A DNA stretch of 47,685 nucleotides from an uncultured Marmoricola sp. (GCA_964613165.1 CAZTHV010000001.1:1-47685); one strand, 5' to 3'; numbered from the stretch's first letter, positions 1 through 9,209 are shown. The notes: generated by a model not told the origin, from the sequence alone. A program made the numbers and translations.

Positions 1-172
1 TCGCGTCCGACGTCTACACCGTCGGCTTCCTGGTCCGAGAGTCAGACAAGGTCGTCGTCGTCGCATCGACCAGCGACCTGAAGTCGATGAACAACGCGCG
101 GATCACCATCCCGACCGGCATGGTCGTTGGCATCCGCCGCTTCTCCGTCCCCCATCCGATCGAAGGTGACCC

Positions 173-415
173 ATGCAAGACCCCCGCGAAGCATTTGCCG
201 AAGGACATTCAAGCCTCAGCCACAAAACGCAGAAGCTCACGGACCAAGCGGCGGACGACCTCCGGTACTTCGCCAAGCTCGCGGAGCAAGGCAAGCCGGT
301 AACGTTCGCTGGACTCCAGGAGTGGATGCGGGACAAGCACGGCATCCAGGCCGGCCGCACACGGCTTAAGTCTCTCATCCGCACAGCCGGAGGCGAGCCG
401 TGGTTCAGTCATTGA
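173..415 (+). CDS. hypothetical protein (80 aa)
   Basis: ORF with GAAGG upstream of the ATG; overlaps the start of the next gene. Confidence 0.55.
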   Translation: MQDPREAFAEGHSSLSHKTQKLTDQAADDLRYFAKLAEQGKPVTFAGLQEWMRDKHGIQAGRTRLKSLIRTAGGEPWFSH

Positions 416-1902
416 TTGACCCGCGCGAGGCATTCGTCGACGCCGTCACCGCCGCCCAGTTCCGCGGGCGGGTCGGCGGTCGGGCCGTTGTACAGCTCGA
501 CTGCCGACCGGCGCGCTACCTGCTGACGAGCGCGCAGAACAACACGCCGGTCCACGCCGAGCTGCTGCGCAACCTGAAGGCCTACGCCAAGCACATCAAC
601 GGCGTGCTGATGGTCAGCCGGTTCGCCTACAACGTGAACGCGTTCGCGGCCCGCGAGTCGAAGCCTGGTGCCGGCGAGTTCGCGCGCCACTACTTCGCGC
701 CCGAGATCGAGCCCTACGTCTGCGACGAGCGGGTCGCGCTCGCGCCGTCGCTGCACTGGTGCGGCGAGGTGAACATCCTGCCGACGGCCGAGCGCCCGCT
801 GTCCGGGTTCGAGAACTACACCGGCCGCGCGTCGGCGATCTTCCCCCACGCGAAGCAGACGATGGAGTCGATCCCGACGCCGCCCGGCACGAGCGGCGCG
901 AAGCTGAATTACACGACCGGCGCGATCACGCTGCGCAACTACATCCAGCGCAAGGCCGGACTCAAGGCCGAGTACCAGCACGCGTACGGTGCGTTGATCG
1001 TCGAGATCGACGATGACGGCCGGTGGTTCGTGCGGCAGATCCGCGCGCACGAGGACGGCACGTTCCAGGATCTCGACTGCCTGGTTGCCGGCGGTGTCGT
1101 CACCGAGAGCGTCCGGGTCCACGCGATACAGTGGGGTGATGTTCACGTCGCGCAGCTTGATCCCGTCGTGCGCGAGACCAACTGGGCCAGGGGCGGGATG
1201 CTCGACACGCTGCGGCCAAAGTACCAGTTCCTGCACGACGTTCTCGACTTCCAGTCGCAGAACCACCACGACCGGAAGAATCCGCACGCGGTCTTCGCGA
1301 AGCACGCGGCCGGCCGGACGTCAGTCTCGCGCGAGCTGGAGGAGCTGGCGGCATTCCTGTCGTCCGAGTCGGCCCGGGTCTGGTGCGAGTCGGTCGTCGT
1401 CGGGAGCAACCACGACGCGGCTCTGATGCGCTGGCTCCGGGACGCCGACCTGCGAGACGATCCGGAGAACGCGGAGATATGGCTCAAGCTGAACTCGGTC
1501 GTCTACGCCGCGGCGAAGGTGCCCGGCGCTGACTTCCACCTTCTGCGGTCCGTCATGCGCGGCCTGGGCGTGCCGCCCTCGGTGCGGTTCCTCCAGGACG
1601 ACGAGTCGTTCGTCCTCTGCCGGCATGCCGGGGGCGGGATCGAGGCCGGGATGCACGGCCATGCCGGCGCCAACGGCTCGCGCGGATCGCCGCGGCAGTT
1701 CGCCAGGCTCGGCCGGCGAACGAACACCGGGCACACCCACTCGGCCGGTATTCACGGTGACGCGTTCGTGGCCGGCACGTCGAGCCTGCTCCGGATGTCG
1801 TACACCTCGGGCCCGTCGTCCTGGTCGCACAGCCACATCGTGACGTACCCGGGCGGCAACCGGGCGATCGTCACCCTGCGGGACGGGCGGTGGCGGGCGT
1901 GA
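400..1902 (+). CDS. T5 A1-like calcineurin-fold metallophosphoesterase/nuclease
   Basis: Metallophosphoesterase motifs GDVH, HDVLD, SNHD, MHGH, GHTH; N-terminal LTSAQNNT, NILPTA and KAGLKAE segments recalled from A1-like proteins. Confidence 0.7.
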   Translation: MVQSLIDPREAFVDAVTAAQFRGRVGGRAVVQLDCRPARYLLTSAQNNTPVHAELLRNLKAYAKHINGVLMVSRFAYNVNAFAARESKPGAGEFARHYFAPEIEPYVCDERVALAPSLHWCGEVNILPTAERPLSGFENYTGRASAIFPHAKQTMESIPTPPGTSGAKLNYTTGAITLRNYIQRKAGLKAEYQHAYGALIVEIDDDGRWFVRQIRAHEDGTFQDLDCLVAGGVVTESVRVHAIQWGDVHVAQLDPVVRETNWARGGMLDTLRPKYQFLHDVLDFQSQNHHDRKNPHAVFAKHAAGRTSVSRELEELAAFLSSESARVWCESVVVGSNHDAALMRWLRDADLRDDPENAEIWLKLNSVVYAAAKVPGADFHLLRSVMRGLGVPPSVRFLQDDESFVLCRHAGGGIEAGMHGHAGANGSRGSPRQFARLGRRTNTGHTHSAGIHGDAFVAGTSSLLRMSYTSGPSSWSHSHIVTYPGGNRAIVTLRDGRWRA

Positions 1903-1931
1903 TGCGCGAGGGCTGGGACGGGTGAGGGCCG

Positions 1932-2127
1932 CCCCCTATAGGCCGGGGTCGTGCGGACAGCACCGTCGAGAATCTATAGGGGGGCGAATCGCTGGAGGTT
2001 CGCGCCGTTGCTGGGTCTAGCTCGTCGGGCCAGCTCTTTTAGCAGGGGAGCACCTTCGGCCTCTCGGTCACGTCTCCTGGGCGTTTCCAGGTACCGGCCC
2101 CCTATAGGTGGGGAGTCCCCCTATAGG
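1932..2127. other. attP: attP region: tRNA-Ser 5' half flanked by four CCCCCTATAG(G) putative integrase arm-type sites
   Basis: Intergenic, directly downstream of the integrase; repeats at 1932-1942, 1974-1983 (inverted), 2098-2108 and 2117-2127. Confidence 0.8.
2039..2077 (-). other. 5' half of a tRNA-Ser(GCT) gene (att core), not a complete tRNA
   Basis: Minus strand reads GGAGACGTGACCGAGAGGCCGAAGGTGCTCCCCTGCTAA: acceptor 5' strand, D-arm and anticodon loop CTGCTAA; no T-arm follows. Confidence 0.85.
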
Positions 2128-3135
2128 TCACGTCGTCCGGATCTTCTCGGCCGCCGCGCGGTAGTGCCGCATTGTAACCGCAACCGACGCATGGACCAGG
2201 AGCTTCTGGGCCGCTGCCGCCGACTCCGCGTCCGACCCGGCCTTGCGCCGGACGTCGTGCTCACTGAAAGGCTTGCCCCCGCCGGCAACGACCTGAACCA
2301 TCAGCCGCTGCCAGGCGGATTGGAACGAGGTCTTGACGAACTGCTTGCCGCGGCTGGTCAGGAACAGGAACGCGGCGGGGTCAGAGCGGCCCGCCACGAC
2401 GCGATCGACCTCGGCCCGGAGTGCCGGGTTCCACTCGAACACGACGCGCTTGCCGGTCGTGTTCTTCGTCTTCGACGGCATGACGTGGATCCCGTCGTCC
2501 TGGATGTCACCGATCCGCAGCGCGCACATGTCGGCCTGGCGCAGCCCGACCGCCAGCTTGATCAGCAGGTACGACTGCAGCCAGGGCGGCGCGAGGATCG
2601 CGGCGTTGATGAACTCGTCGTCCGTGACGTACCGCTTCGGCTTGGACGTCTTGCGGGCCTGGATCTGCCGGAGCAGCGGGTTCGCCGAGATCCACCCCCA
2701 GCGGACACACTCGGTCAGGATCGCGGACAGGAGGCTGATCTCCTTGCGACCCTGGGCCGGAGCGCCGCGGGCGTCGATGTAGGCGTAGCAGTCCTTCGGG
2801 GTCGGCAGCTTCGCAAGCGGCGCGGCGCCGAAGGCCGCCGTCAGCCGGGGCCCGCCGTACTGGTCGTTCTCCCAGGACGCGGTCGCCTTCGTCGGCGACA
2901 CCTCCCGCAGGTATCTGGCGATGGCGTCGCCGACCGTGCGACCGCGCTGGGGCTGTACCGCCATGCGCTTGCCGAACGAGGCGTAGGCCTCCTGCAGGGT
3001 GGCGCCGAGCCGGAATTCCTTCTTGCCGTCCCACTGGGGTTCGAGCCCGGGCGGCACCTGGTAGTAGAACGCGTTGTAGCGGAACCGCCAGCGCTCGGGG
3101 AGCGGGCGGTTCTCAGGTCGGCGGGCCTTCGGCAT
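2128..3135 (-). CDS. int: tyrosine recombinase / phage integrase
   Basis: Catalytic R (GLRQAD), K (SKTK), HxxR (HDVRRK), H (LVHAS), Y (RHY). Confidence 0.93.
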   Translation of the reverse strand: MPKARRPENRPLPERWRFRYNAFYYQVPPGLEPQWDGKKEFRLGATLQEAYASFGKRMAVQPQRGRTVGDAIARYLREVSPTKATASWENDQYGGPRLTAAFGAAPLAKLPTPKDCYAYIDARGAPAQGRKEISLLSAILTECVRWGWISANPLLRQIQARKTSKPKRYVTDDEFINAAILAPPWLQSYLLIKLAVGLRQADMCALRIGDIQDDGIHVMPSKTKNTTGKRVVFEWNPALRAEVDRVVAGRSDPAAFLFLTSRGKQFVKTSFQSAWQRLMVQVVAGGGKPFSEHDVRRKAGSDAESAAAAQKLLVHASVAVTMRHYRAAAEKIRTT

Positions 3136-3233
3136 GCACCGAAGTCTAGAGCAAGGCGACGTTGATGACCGCAGCCAGGACGGCGCACGCCAGGACGAAC
3201 CATTCAGTACCGGATCTCATAGCTTGCAGCCTA

Positions 3234-3980
3234 TCACGGGTGGGTGCCGGGGAGTGTGCTATTCGTCACTAGTCCAGCCACGAGCGGAGCGAGAACAGCG
3301 GCGTTGGCGTCGGCCTTCGCTGCATAGAGAGGCTCGCCCGGATGGACGCAGTCCGTCAGCAACGAGGGCCAGTCGGGTAAGGCCAGGATGGTGTCGTAGT
3401 GGTCGACAGTCTGCACGTTCTCTAGCTCAGCCACTCTGCGCAGCTCGGCTACATACCCCACCAGGATCGGCGATCGGATCGGATCGCATGCCGGGTTCGG
3501 TTCATAGAGCACGACGTGCTTCCCAGCCGCCTTGGCGATCCGCACGACTTGGATCAGATAGTGGGCATAGTCGGCCGGGCTCTCGGCGATCAGGCCCCGC
3601 TCGGTAGCGACGCTGTACCACGCGTCGTTCAAGGCGAAATTCAGGGTCACGATATGCGCGCCCGACGCCGCCATCGTTTCGGCCCAAGGCGGGTGTACAC
3701 CGTCCGTGCCGTGCAGTAGCTGCGAGATCTGCGTCGCACCGACACCTCGGTTGCTGACCGTGACGCGGTCGCCGAAGCGGTCGCGTAGCTTGCGCTGCAG
3801 TACCGCCGGCTCGTTAGCGGCGGTCATCGTCAGCACTCCGTCGAGAACCAGAAGACCCGCCGTCGTGGAGTCGCCGTACTCCTCAATGAGAATAGATTCG
3901 CCACCGCCGCCGCCGCCACCGCCGCAAGCGGACAAAACGGCAGCGACGAAAATCAATATCCCGCCTGCGGTGTGCTTCAT
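3234..3980 (-). CDS. SGNH/GDSL hydrolase lipoprotein (moron)
   Basis: Signal peptide with LSAC lipobox, poly-Gly linker, YGDST block I, G block II, N block III, DCVHP block V. Confidence 0.8.
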   Translation of the reverse strand: MKHTAGGILIFVAAVLSACGGGGGGGGESILIEEYGDSTTAGLLVLDGVLTMTAANEPAVLQRKLRDRFGDRVTVSNRGVGATQISQLLHGTDGVHPPWAETMAASGAHIVTLNFALNDAWYSVATERGLIAESPADYAHYLIQVVRIAKAAGKHVVLYEPNPACDPIRSPILVGYVAELRRVAELENVQTVDHYDTILALPDWPSLLTDCVHPGEPLYAAKADANAAVLAPLVAGLVTNSTLPGTHP

Positions 3981-4144
3981 GGCCGGATAGTATTACTGGC
4001 TGCGACCGGTTTGCGCGACCCAGTTGGCATAGGCCGACGCAGGCGTGAAGCCGATACCGAACGCGATGGGGCTATCGCCCGGCACGGCGCACACCCAGTG
4101 TGCGCCCCAGCGGGACCGGCGGATGCGGGGCTTGAGGCGGATGA

Positions 4145-4381
4145 TCATTGCTCATCTCCCGATTCAATCGGGCGGGGTCCGAAGGCGGTCGACAGCGCTT
4201 CGTACAGCCGAGGGCCTTCGGCCATCACCGCCTCGACCACCGCCTCGGCGACGGTGCGCTCGTCGAAATAGCTACTGAGCGCCGCCCGCACCTCGACATT
4301 GGCGTCCGTCAACTCGGCAGCAAACCTCGTCGAATGAACCGACCCGTCCGCCGCCTGGTACATCGTCACTTTCTTGACCAT
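4145..4381 (-). CDS. hypothetical protein
   Basis: 78-aa ORF with GAG upstream, in operon context. Confidence 0.55.
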   Translation of the reverse strand: MVKKVTMYQAADGSVHSTRFAAELTDANVEVRAALSSYFDERTVAEAVVEAVMAEGPRLYEALSTAFGPRPIESGDEQ

Positions 4382-4382
4382 C

Positions 4383-4841
4383 TCAGAACCTCACGCGGAC
4401 TTGCAGCGCGGCGAATGCCGGCGACTGCTTCAGGTCTAGGGGCTGCACGAGCAGGGCCAGCTCCAGGACGTCGTACCGGACGACCAGCTCGGGCAGGACT
4501 GCGGGGATCACGGCGAACCGGTAGCCGGTCGCCAGGCCCGCGACGAGCCCAGCGCTGACGCTGGCGGCGCCCTTCGCGGCGAGTTGGTACTGCCACTCCT
4601 TCGCGACGTACCAGGTCTGTCGGCCGAGGCTGTTGCGGTAGGTGCCCGCCGTCCAGCCGGCCCAGGAACCGGAGTCGATTCGCAGGCCGAGGCCGGTGTT
4701 CCGCTCGTTGTACTCGGTGCTGCCGGCGTGCCGCGAGACGAATCCGCTGGTCACGGTGAAGTCGGCGGCCGAGGCCGGATTGCCGGCGCAGCTCGCCGCC
4801 AGGGCGGCAGCGGCTGCGAAGAGGAAGGTGCGGAGCATCAT
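4383..4841 (-). CDS. secreted or outer-membrane small beta-barrel protein, PagP-like
   Basis: Signal peptide; SRH..YNERN.GLG and G.YRNS..R motifs; alternating beta pattern; terminal Phe; AAGGAG RBS. Confidence 0.55.
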   Translation of the reverse strand: MMLRTFLFAAAAALAASCAGNPASAADFTVTSGFVSRHAGSTEYNERNTGLGLRIDSGSWAGWTAGTYRNSLGRQTWYVAKEWQYQLAAKGAASVSAGLVAGLATGYRFAVIPAVLPELVVRYDVLELALLVQPLDLKQSPAFAALQVRVRF

Positions 4842-4891
4842 GGTGGTGTCCTCCTTGCGGGCCCGGCTGGAGAGGACCGGGCCCGCGGTGT

Positions 4892-5089
4892 TCAGAAGCC
4901 GGCGCGGGCCAGGGTTTTGCGGCTGGGCCGGCGGGCGTTCAAGACGTCGACCACCGTGCTGGCAAGGCTCGCGGACGAGTGCAACAGGCCGTGCTTGTGG
5001 GTCGCCACCTCGAACGCGGCGTAGTGGGCTTTGCCGTCACGCTCGATGCCGGCGACGATGAAGGGGGCGGGGGTCTGTTCAGCTCTCAT
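4892..5089 (-). CDS. hypothetical protein
   Basis: 65-aa ORF with GGAG RBS. Confidence 0.5.
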   Translation of the reverse strand: MRAEQTPAPFIVAGIERDGKAHYAAFEVATHKHGLLHSSASLASTVVDVLNARRPSRKTLARAGF

Positions 5090-5122
5090 GGTGTTCTCCG
5101 GGGTCGGTAGCGGGAGCTACCG

Positions 5123-5410
5123 TTAGATGGAAAGGAAAGGGATCGACGGGCCGGCAGCGGCCTCGGCCAGCTCAAGCTCGACCTCGGCCTCCAGAACCGC
5201 GGCCTCGTCGCCCGAGCGGCGAGCGGCGTCCAGCTTGCAGCGGGCCAGAATCATGTTGTGGCTGTCGTCCTCGCCGATCGCAACCGAGAAGACGGCCAGA
5301 TCGGCGAAGTCGTGAGCGGCGTAGATCGCGTCAAGCTCGCGGTTGTTGCGGGCGTAGCCGATCAGCTTGTCGTCGATCCAGGCTGCTTTGACTTTCGAGG
5401 CGTTGAACAT
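5123..5410 (-). CDS. hypothetical protein
   Basis: AGGAG RBS before ATG at 5410; lies downstream of a strong promoter. Confidence 0.6.
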   Translation of the reverse strand: MFNASKVKAAWIDDKLIGYARNNRELDAIYAAHDFADLAVFSVAIGEDDSHNMILARCKLDAARRSGDEAAVLEAEVELELAEAAAGPSIPFLSI

Positions 5411-5637
5411 CTCGTGCTCCTGTTGAAGACCGCTTCCGTGTTGAGCGTCCATGTGTTCATGGTAGCGGGAGCTACCGCTGGAGTCAAGACTTTTGTCACA
5501 CTTTCCTCAAATACCAGAAGCGACCCGTCCGGCCGCCGGGTGAACGGCACCCCGAGCCCGTCGAGCACACGGGCCTGGGCCGCGCGCTGCTTGCGGCCGG
5601 TGATGCCCGCGAGCTGGCCGACGTCGAGCGGGGTCAC
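5362..5637 (-). CDS. DUF4224-like putative excisionase
   Basis: LAGITGRKQRAAQARVLDGLGVPFTRRPDGSLLV fits the DUF4224 pattern; GTG start overlaps the upstream stop. Confidence 0.6.
   Translation of the reverse strand: MTPLDVGQLAGITGRKQRAAQARVLDGLGVPFTRRPDGSLLVFEESVTKVLTPAVAPATMNTWTLNTEAVFNRSTRCSTPRKSKQPGSTTS
5459..5487 (-). promoter_or_regulatory. sigma70 promoter TTGACT-N17-TACCAT overlapped by operator 5461-5476
   Basis: Read directly on the minus strand. Confidence 0.75.
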
Positions 5638-6143
5638 GGCCCGTCCGCGCGGCCACCCGGGACGCCGAGCGTGGCGTTGGCGTCGCTCCACTCCACGATC
5701 GGCACGGGCGTCTCGAACGTCGGGTCCGCGATCGTGTAGTGGCGCGGGTTCTTGCCTGCGTTGCGCTCGTTGTTCTTCGCGATCTCGCGCTCGACCGCCT
5801 GGATCAGCTTGCGCATGTTGACCGACGGCGGCCGGTCGTCGATCAGGTAGCCGTGGGCGTACGCGTCGGCCAGGATGAAGAGGTTCGAGCACATGCCGGC
5901 GATGTTCGGGATGCCGTCCTCGTCCAGCTCGTTGCCGTTGAACCAGTCGAACAGGTGTCGCAGCAGGCCGGCATAGTAGACCGACGCCCGCACGCCGGTC
6001 GCGCGGTAGTTGTGCAGGCCGTATTTGCCGCCGCCGTTGTGAAGCTGCATCGCGGCGTAGAGCACCGCGCTCATCGGCACGGTCTCGACCGCGGCCTTGC
6101 CATGGGCCAGCGCGTCCTTGGGATTGGTAGATCGTTCGTTCAC
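5634..6143 (-). CDS. dATP/dGTP diphosphohydrolase-domain protein (DUF5664-like)
   Basis: TNPKD, G..KYG..NYR, ASVY..GLLRHL..WFNG, ILADA...LIDDRP. Confidence 0.75.
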   Translation of the reverse strand: MNERSTNPKDALAHGKAAVETVPMSAVLYAAMQLHNGGGKYGLHNYRATGVRASVYYAGLLRHLFDWFNGNELDEDGIPNIAGMCSNLFILADAYAHGYLIDDRPPSVNMRKLIQAVEREIAKNNERNAGKNPRHYTIADPTFETPVPIVEWSDANATLGVPGGRADGP

Positions 6144-6337
6144 GCGGGATACTCCTCTACGAATTGCCCGGCCAGGCGGGCGGTTGATCTGATGTCATCG
6201 ACCAGGGCCCGCGCGTGCTCGAACGACACGGCCATGATCCTGAAACTGCGGACGTGTTCGTCGGGTCCGTCCGCCGCATTGAAGTCGATGGAGAACTCGG
6301 TCCAGACGCGGCCCTTCTCGTCGACGTAGCTCCTCAT
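6140..6337 (-). CDS. hypothetical protein
   Basis: Coupled ORF MRSYVDEKGRVWTEFSIDF with GGAG RBS. Confidence 0.55.
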   Translation of the reverse strand: MRSYVDEKGRVWTEFSIDFNAADGPDEHVRSFRIMAVSFEHARALVDDIRSTARLAGQFVEEYPA

Positions 6338-6969
6338 CGCATCTGCTCCAGGAGTCGGTACACCTCGCGCTCCCACACGAGCGCGGCCCGGAGGTGCTCG
6401 GCCTGGCCGAAGCCGCGGCACATCACGTCCTTGTAGAAGTCGTCGAAGTCTGCCGCCGGCCAGTTCACCAGGCTCGGCCAGTCGGCATCGCCGTCCGGCT
6501 CGAAGCCGAAGTAAACGCGCTCGGTGTTCAGGGCCCGGAGGTCGTAGTGCTTGACGAAGTTCTTGGACTCGGTCATCAGCTCGTCGATCCGGAACCGCTG
6601 CCATACCGCGCGCTCGACTCGATCTTCCAACGCCCGGTAGTCGGGGAGCTGCGCCTTGTGCGGGCTCGGCATGTCCTTGACCAGGGCCTCGTGAGCGTCA
6701 TGCATCAGGAGCGCGAGTCGAGCGCGAGAGTTCACCGGATAGATCCCGTAGCTTACCGCGCAGTCCTCCCGGTACAGCCAGTCGCAGAGCAGCAGGTGCT
6801 CGGCCACGCTGTACGGCCGGCAGGTCTGGCCGCCGAACCGGTTCTCGTGCGACAGCGCGCGGGCGAACTGGTCGAGGCCGATGTGATGCATCTTCAGGTC
6901 GTCGAAGTAGACGCGGTCGCGCTGCCCGACGTTTATGTACGGCCGGCGGCCGATGACTTCGGTGCTCAT
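6334..6969 (-). CDS. HD-superfamily phosphohydrolase (YfbR/YfdR-like 5'-deoxynucleotidase)
   Basis: RFGGQT, YSVAEH, LMHDAHEA..KDMPSP, D..AL.TE. Confidence 0.8.
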   Translation of the reverse strand: MSTEVIGRRPYINVGQRDRVYFDDLKMHHIGLDQFARALSHENRFGGQTCRPYSVAEHLLLCDWLYREDCAVSYGIYPVNSRARLALLMHDAHEALVKDMPSPHKAQLPDYRALEDRVERAVWQRFRIDELMTESKNFVKHYDLRALNTERVYFGFEPDGDADWPSLVNWPAADFDDFYKDVMCRGFGQAEHLRAALVWEREVYRLLEQMR

Positions 6970-7124
6970 TTGGTAGCCCCCGCTTCGATGATGAGGAACA
7001 GGTTGGAGATCGCGTAGCCGACGTGGACCATGCCGAGCGGCCAGCGTCCGGAGTAGCACAAGCTACTGGCAACGCCCAGGTAAATCAGGCCGACGATGCC
7101 GAGCAGAATCTGCGAGGTGTTCAT
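6966..7124 (-). CDS. small membrane protein (52 aa)
   Basis: MNTSQILLGIVGLIYLGVASS..., two hydrophobic segments, stop/start coupled on both sides (below the ORF track cutoff). Confidence 0.45.
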   Translation of the reverse strand: MNTSQILLGIVGLIYLGVASSLCYSGRWPLGMVHVGYAISNLFLIIEAGATK

Positions 7125-7257
7125 GCCGCGCACCCGCCGCGGGGCCCGTCGTTGTCGTTGTCGTCTCCCGCGATCGTCTCGGCGACCGCATAGCAGATGC
7201 CGTAGAAGAGCAGGAACACCATCGCCAGGGCGGCGAAGGGGAACGCGAGAAACTGTC

Positions 7258-8631
7258 TCATGAGACCTCCATGTGCGCCATCAGCGCGTCGGTGACGTCG
7301 ACCTTGTCGTTGACGCGGTTCTTGATCAGGACGTCGATCGTGTCCTTCACCCGCAGGTTGTAGATGTTCACGACCACGTCGCGGCCGAGCTGCGCCTGGC
7401 GCGTCGGGCCGAGCCGCTCGATGATCTGCTCTCGCTCCTCGGCGTTCCAGTCGTGCGAGTAGAAGCAGAGGTCGCTACCTCCGGCCGCGAGGTTCAACCC
7501 GTGGCCCGCGCTCTTCGGGTGTGCGCAGAGGATCGGGATCTCGCCCGCGTTCCACTGGGCCAGGGTCTTCTCGTCGGCGTCCAGCTCGCGGGCCTGGGGG
7601 AACCGGCGCCGGATCCGGGCCAGGTCTTCCCTGAAGTGGTAGGCCACGAGCAGCGGTGCGCCGCCTTGCTCCTCGACGATCGACTCCAGCGCGTCGAGCT
7701 TCAGGTCGTGGACCTGGACGACGTCGCGCTCGCCGGTCACCTCGTCGATGTCGTACATGAATCCATTCGCGAACTGGCGCAGCTTCATCGACAGCGCAGC
7801 CGCGCTCGCGGCGGTGATCTTCGTGCCTTCCAGCTCGGCCACCTTGCTGGACCGGAACCGCTTGTACTTCGCCTTCACGTCGGCCGGCATCTCCAGCTCC
7901 AGCTCGACGACGTTCGGCTCGTTCACGCTCAGGTACTTGCGCGGGTCGATCGTGATCGTGCAGTCGCGCAGCTTGCCCTTGATCTCATCGTCGGCCCCGC
8001 GCTGCGGGTGCATCCGACCGTCGTACCCGTCATAGAAGTGGAGGTTGCGGAACAGGCCGTAGGTCCGGCCGAGCCGCAGGCCGCGGTCGATGAACCACTG
8101 CTGGCCCCACAGATCCTGCAGCCCGTTCGCGCTCGGCGTGCCGGTGAGGTTGATCCAGCGGGTCGCCCGGGTGTGCGCGATGCGAGCCAGTGCCCGGGCC
8201 CGCTTGCTGCCCTGCTTCAGGCGGAAGCCCTTCAGCCGGGTCGACTCATCGAACACGACGGTCGGCCAGAACCAGCGGTCGCCGAGCGTATCCATCAGCC
8301 ACTGCACGTTGTCGTACGCGATCGTGTAAACATCCGCCCCACCGCGCAGGGCTGCGGAGCGGTCTGCCGCCGTGCCGCCGATGAACCGGCAGCGCAGATG
8401 GCGCAGGCTCGGCCAGGCCTTTACCTCGTCGGGCCAGGTCATCATCGCGACCCGCTTCGGCGCGATCACGAGGACAGGCAGGACGCCGGGGTCGATCAAC
8501 GACAGCCAGTCAACCGCGTGCAGGACCGCCGCCGTCTTGCCGGCACCCATCCTCGCCCACACGTTCGCGCGCGGTCGCGCGATGATGTGCTCGATCATCG
8601 GGTGCTGGTAGTCGCGGAGTTCGCGGGTCAC
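7258..8631 (-). CDS. SNF2-family (DEAD-like) helicase
   Basis: LRDYQ Q-motif, MGAGKT, DEST, TGTP, HPKSAGHGLNL, helicase motif VI. Confidence 0.9.
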   Translation of the reverse strand: MTRELRDYQHPMIEHIIARPRANVWARMGAGKTAAVLHAVDWLSLIDPGVLPVLVIAPKRVAMMTWPDEVKAWPSLRHLRCRFIGGTAADRSAALRGGADVYTIAYDNVQWLMDTLGDRWFWPTVVFDESTRLKGFRLKQGSKRARALARIAHTRATRWINLTGTPSANGLQDLWGQQWFIDRGLRLGRTYGLFRNLHFYDGYDGRMHPQRGADDEIKGKLRDCTITIDPRKYLSVNEPNVVELELEMPADVKAKYKRFRSSKVAELEGTKITAASAAALSMKLRQFANGFMYDIDEVTGERDVVQVHDLKLDALESIVEEQGGAPLLVAYHFREDLARIRRRFPQARELDADEKTLAQWNAGEIPILCAHPKSAGHGLNLAAGGSDLCFYSHDWNAEEREQIIERLGPTRQAQLGRDVVVNIYNLRVKDTIDVLIKNRVNDKVDVTDALMAHMEVS

Positions 8632-8927
8632 AGGATCCACCACGTCCGCCACGTCCGGATGAGATCCTCGACGTCGGCCTCGCTCGACACGGTGTAGACC
8701 GTCGCTCCGTGGGCCGCCATCTCCTCGTGGACGGCCCGCTGCAACGGACGCAGCCGTTCGCCTGGCGCCTTGCACTCGACGAAGATAGTCGCCAGGCCCG
8801 GCACGAAGCAGACTCGATCAGGCACGCCGGCCTGGCCGGGGCTGACGAACTTCAGCGCGCGACCGCCGATCCCGGCGACCCGTTGGACCAGGTACCGCTC
8901 GACGCGGCCTTCCTTGTCGGCGCTCAT
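8628..8927 (-). CDS. VRR-NUC domain nuclease
   Basis: E..VE, GVPDR, FVECKAPG, LRPLQ. Confidence 0.88.
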   Translation of the reverse strand: MSADKEGRVERYLVQRVAGIGGRALKFVSPGQAGVPDRVCFVPGLATIFVECKAPGERLRPLQRAVHEEMAAHGATVYTVSSEADVEDLIRTWRTWWIL

Positions 8928-9130
8928 GCCCGCTGCCCCCAGGCACGGTATTGAAAGGACCAGTAGGTATCTCCCGAGAAGTCGTGGTGCGCGGTGCCTT
9001 TGCGCTCGACGACTTCCCACCAGCGACAGTCGTGTTCGCCGACTTGCACCGGCCGCCAGGCGAACCATCGGTGCCACCGTTCCAGGCGCTCTCGCTTTTC
9101 GGCAAAGGTCTCGCCACAATCGAACTTCAT
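8924..9130 (-). CDS. hypothetical protein (WHRWFAWRPV motif)
   Basis: Trp-rich small phage ORF, coupled to the next gene. Confidence 0.55.
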   Translation of the reverse strand: MKFDCGETFAEKRERLERWHRWFAWRPVQVGEHDCRWWEVVERKGTAHHDFSGDTYWSFQYRAWGQRA

Positions 9131-9209
9131 CGCATGTACCCCGCTGACAGGATCGCGAACACCGCGGTCGCAACCACGGCCACGAAGAGGAACTCGTACA
9201 CCTTGTCCA

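Noticed and set aside
1990..2077. Complete phage tRNA-Ser
   Set aside because: The anticodon stem 3' strand is mismatched, and there is no T-arm or acceptor 3' strand.
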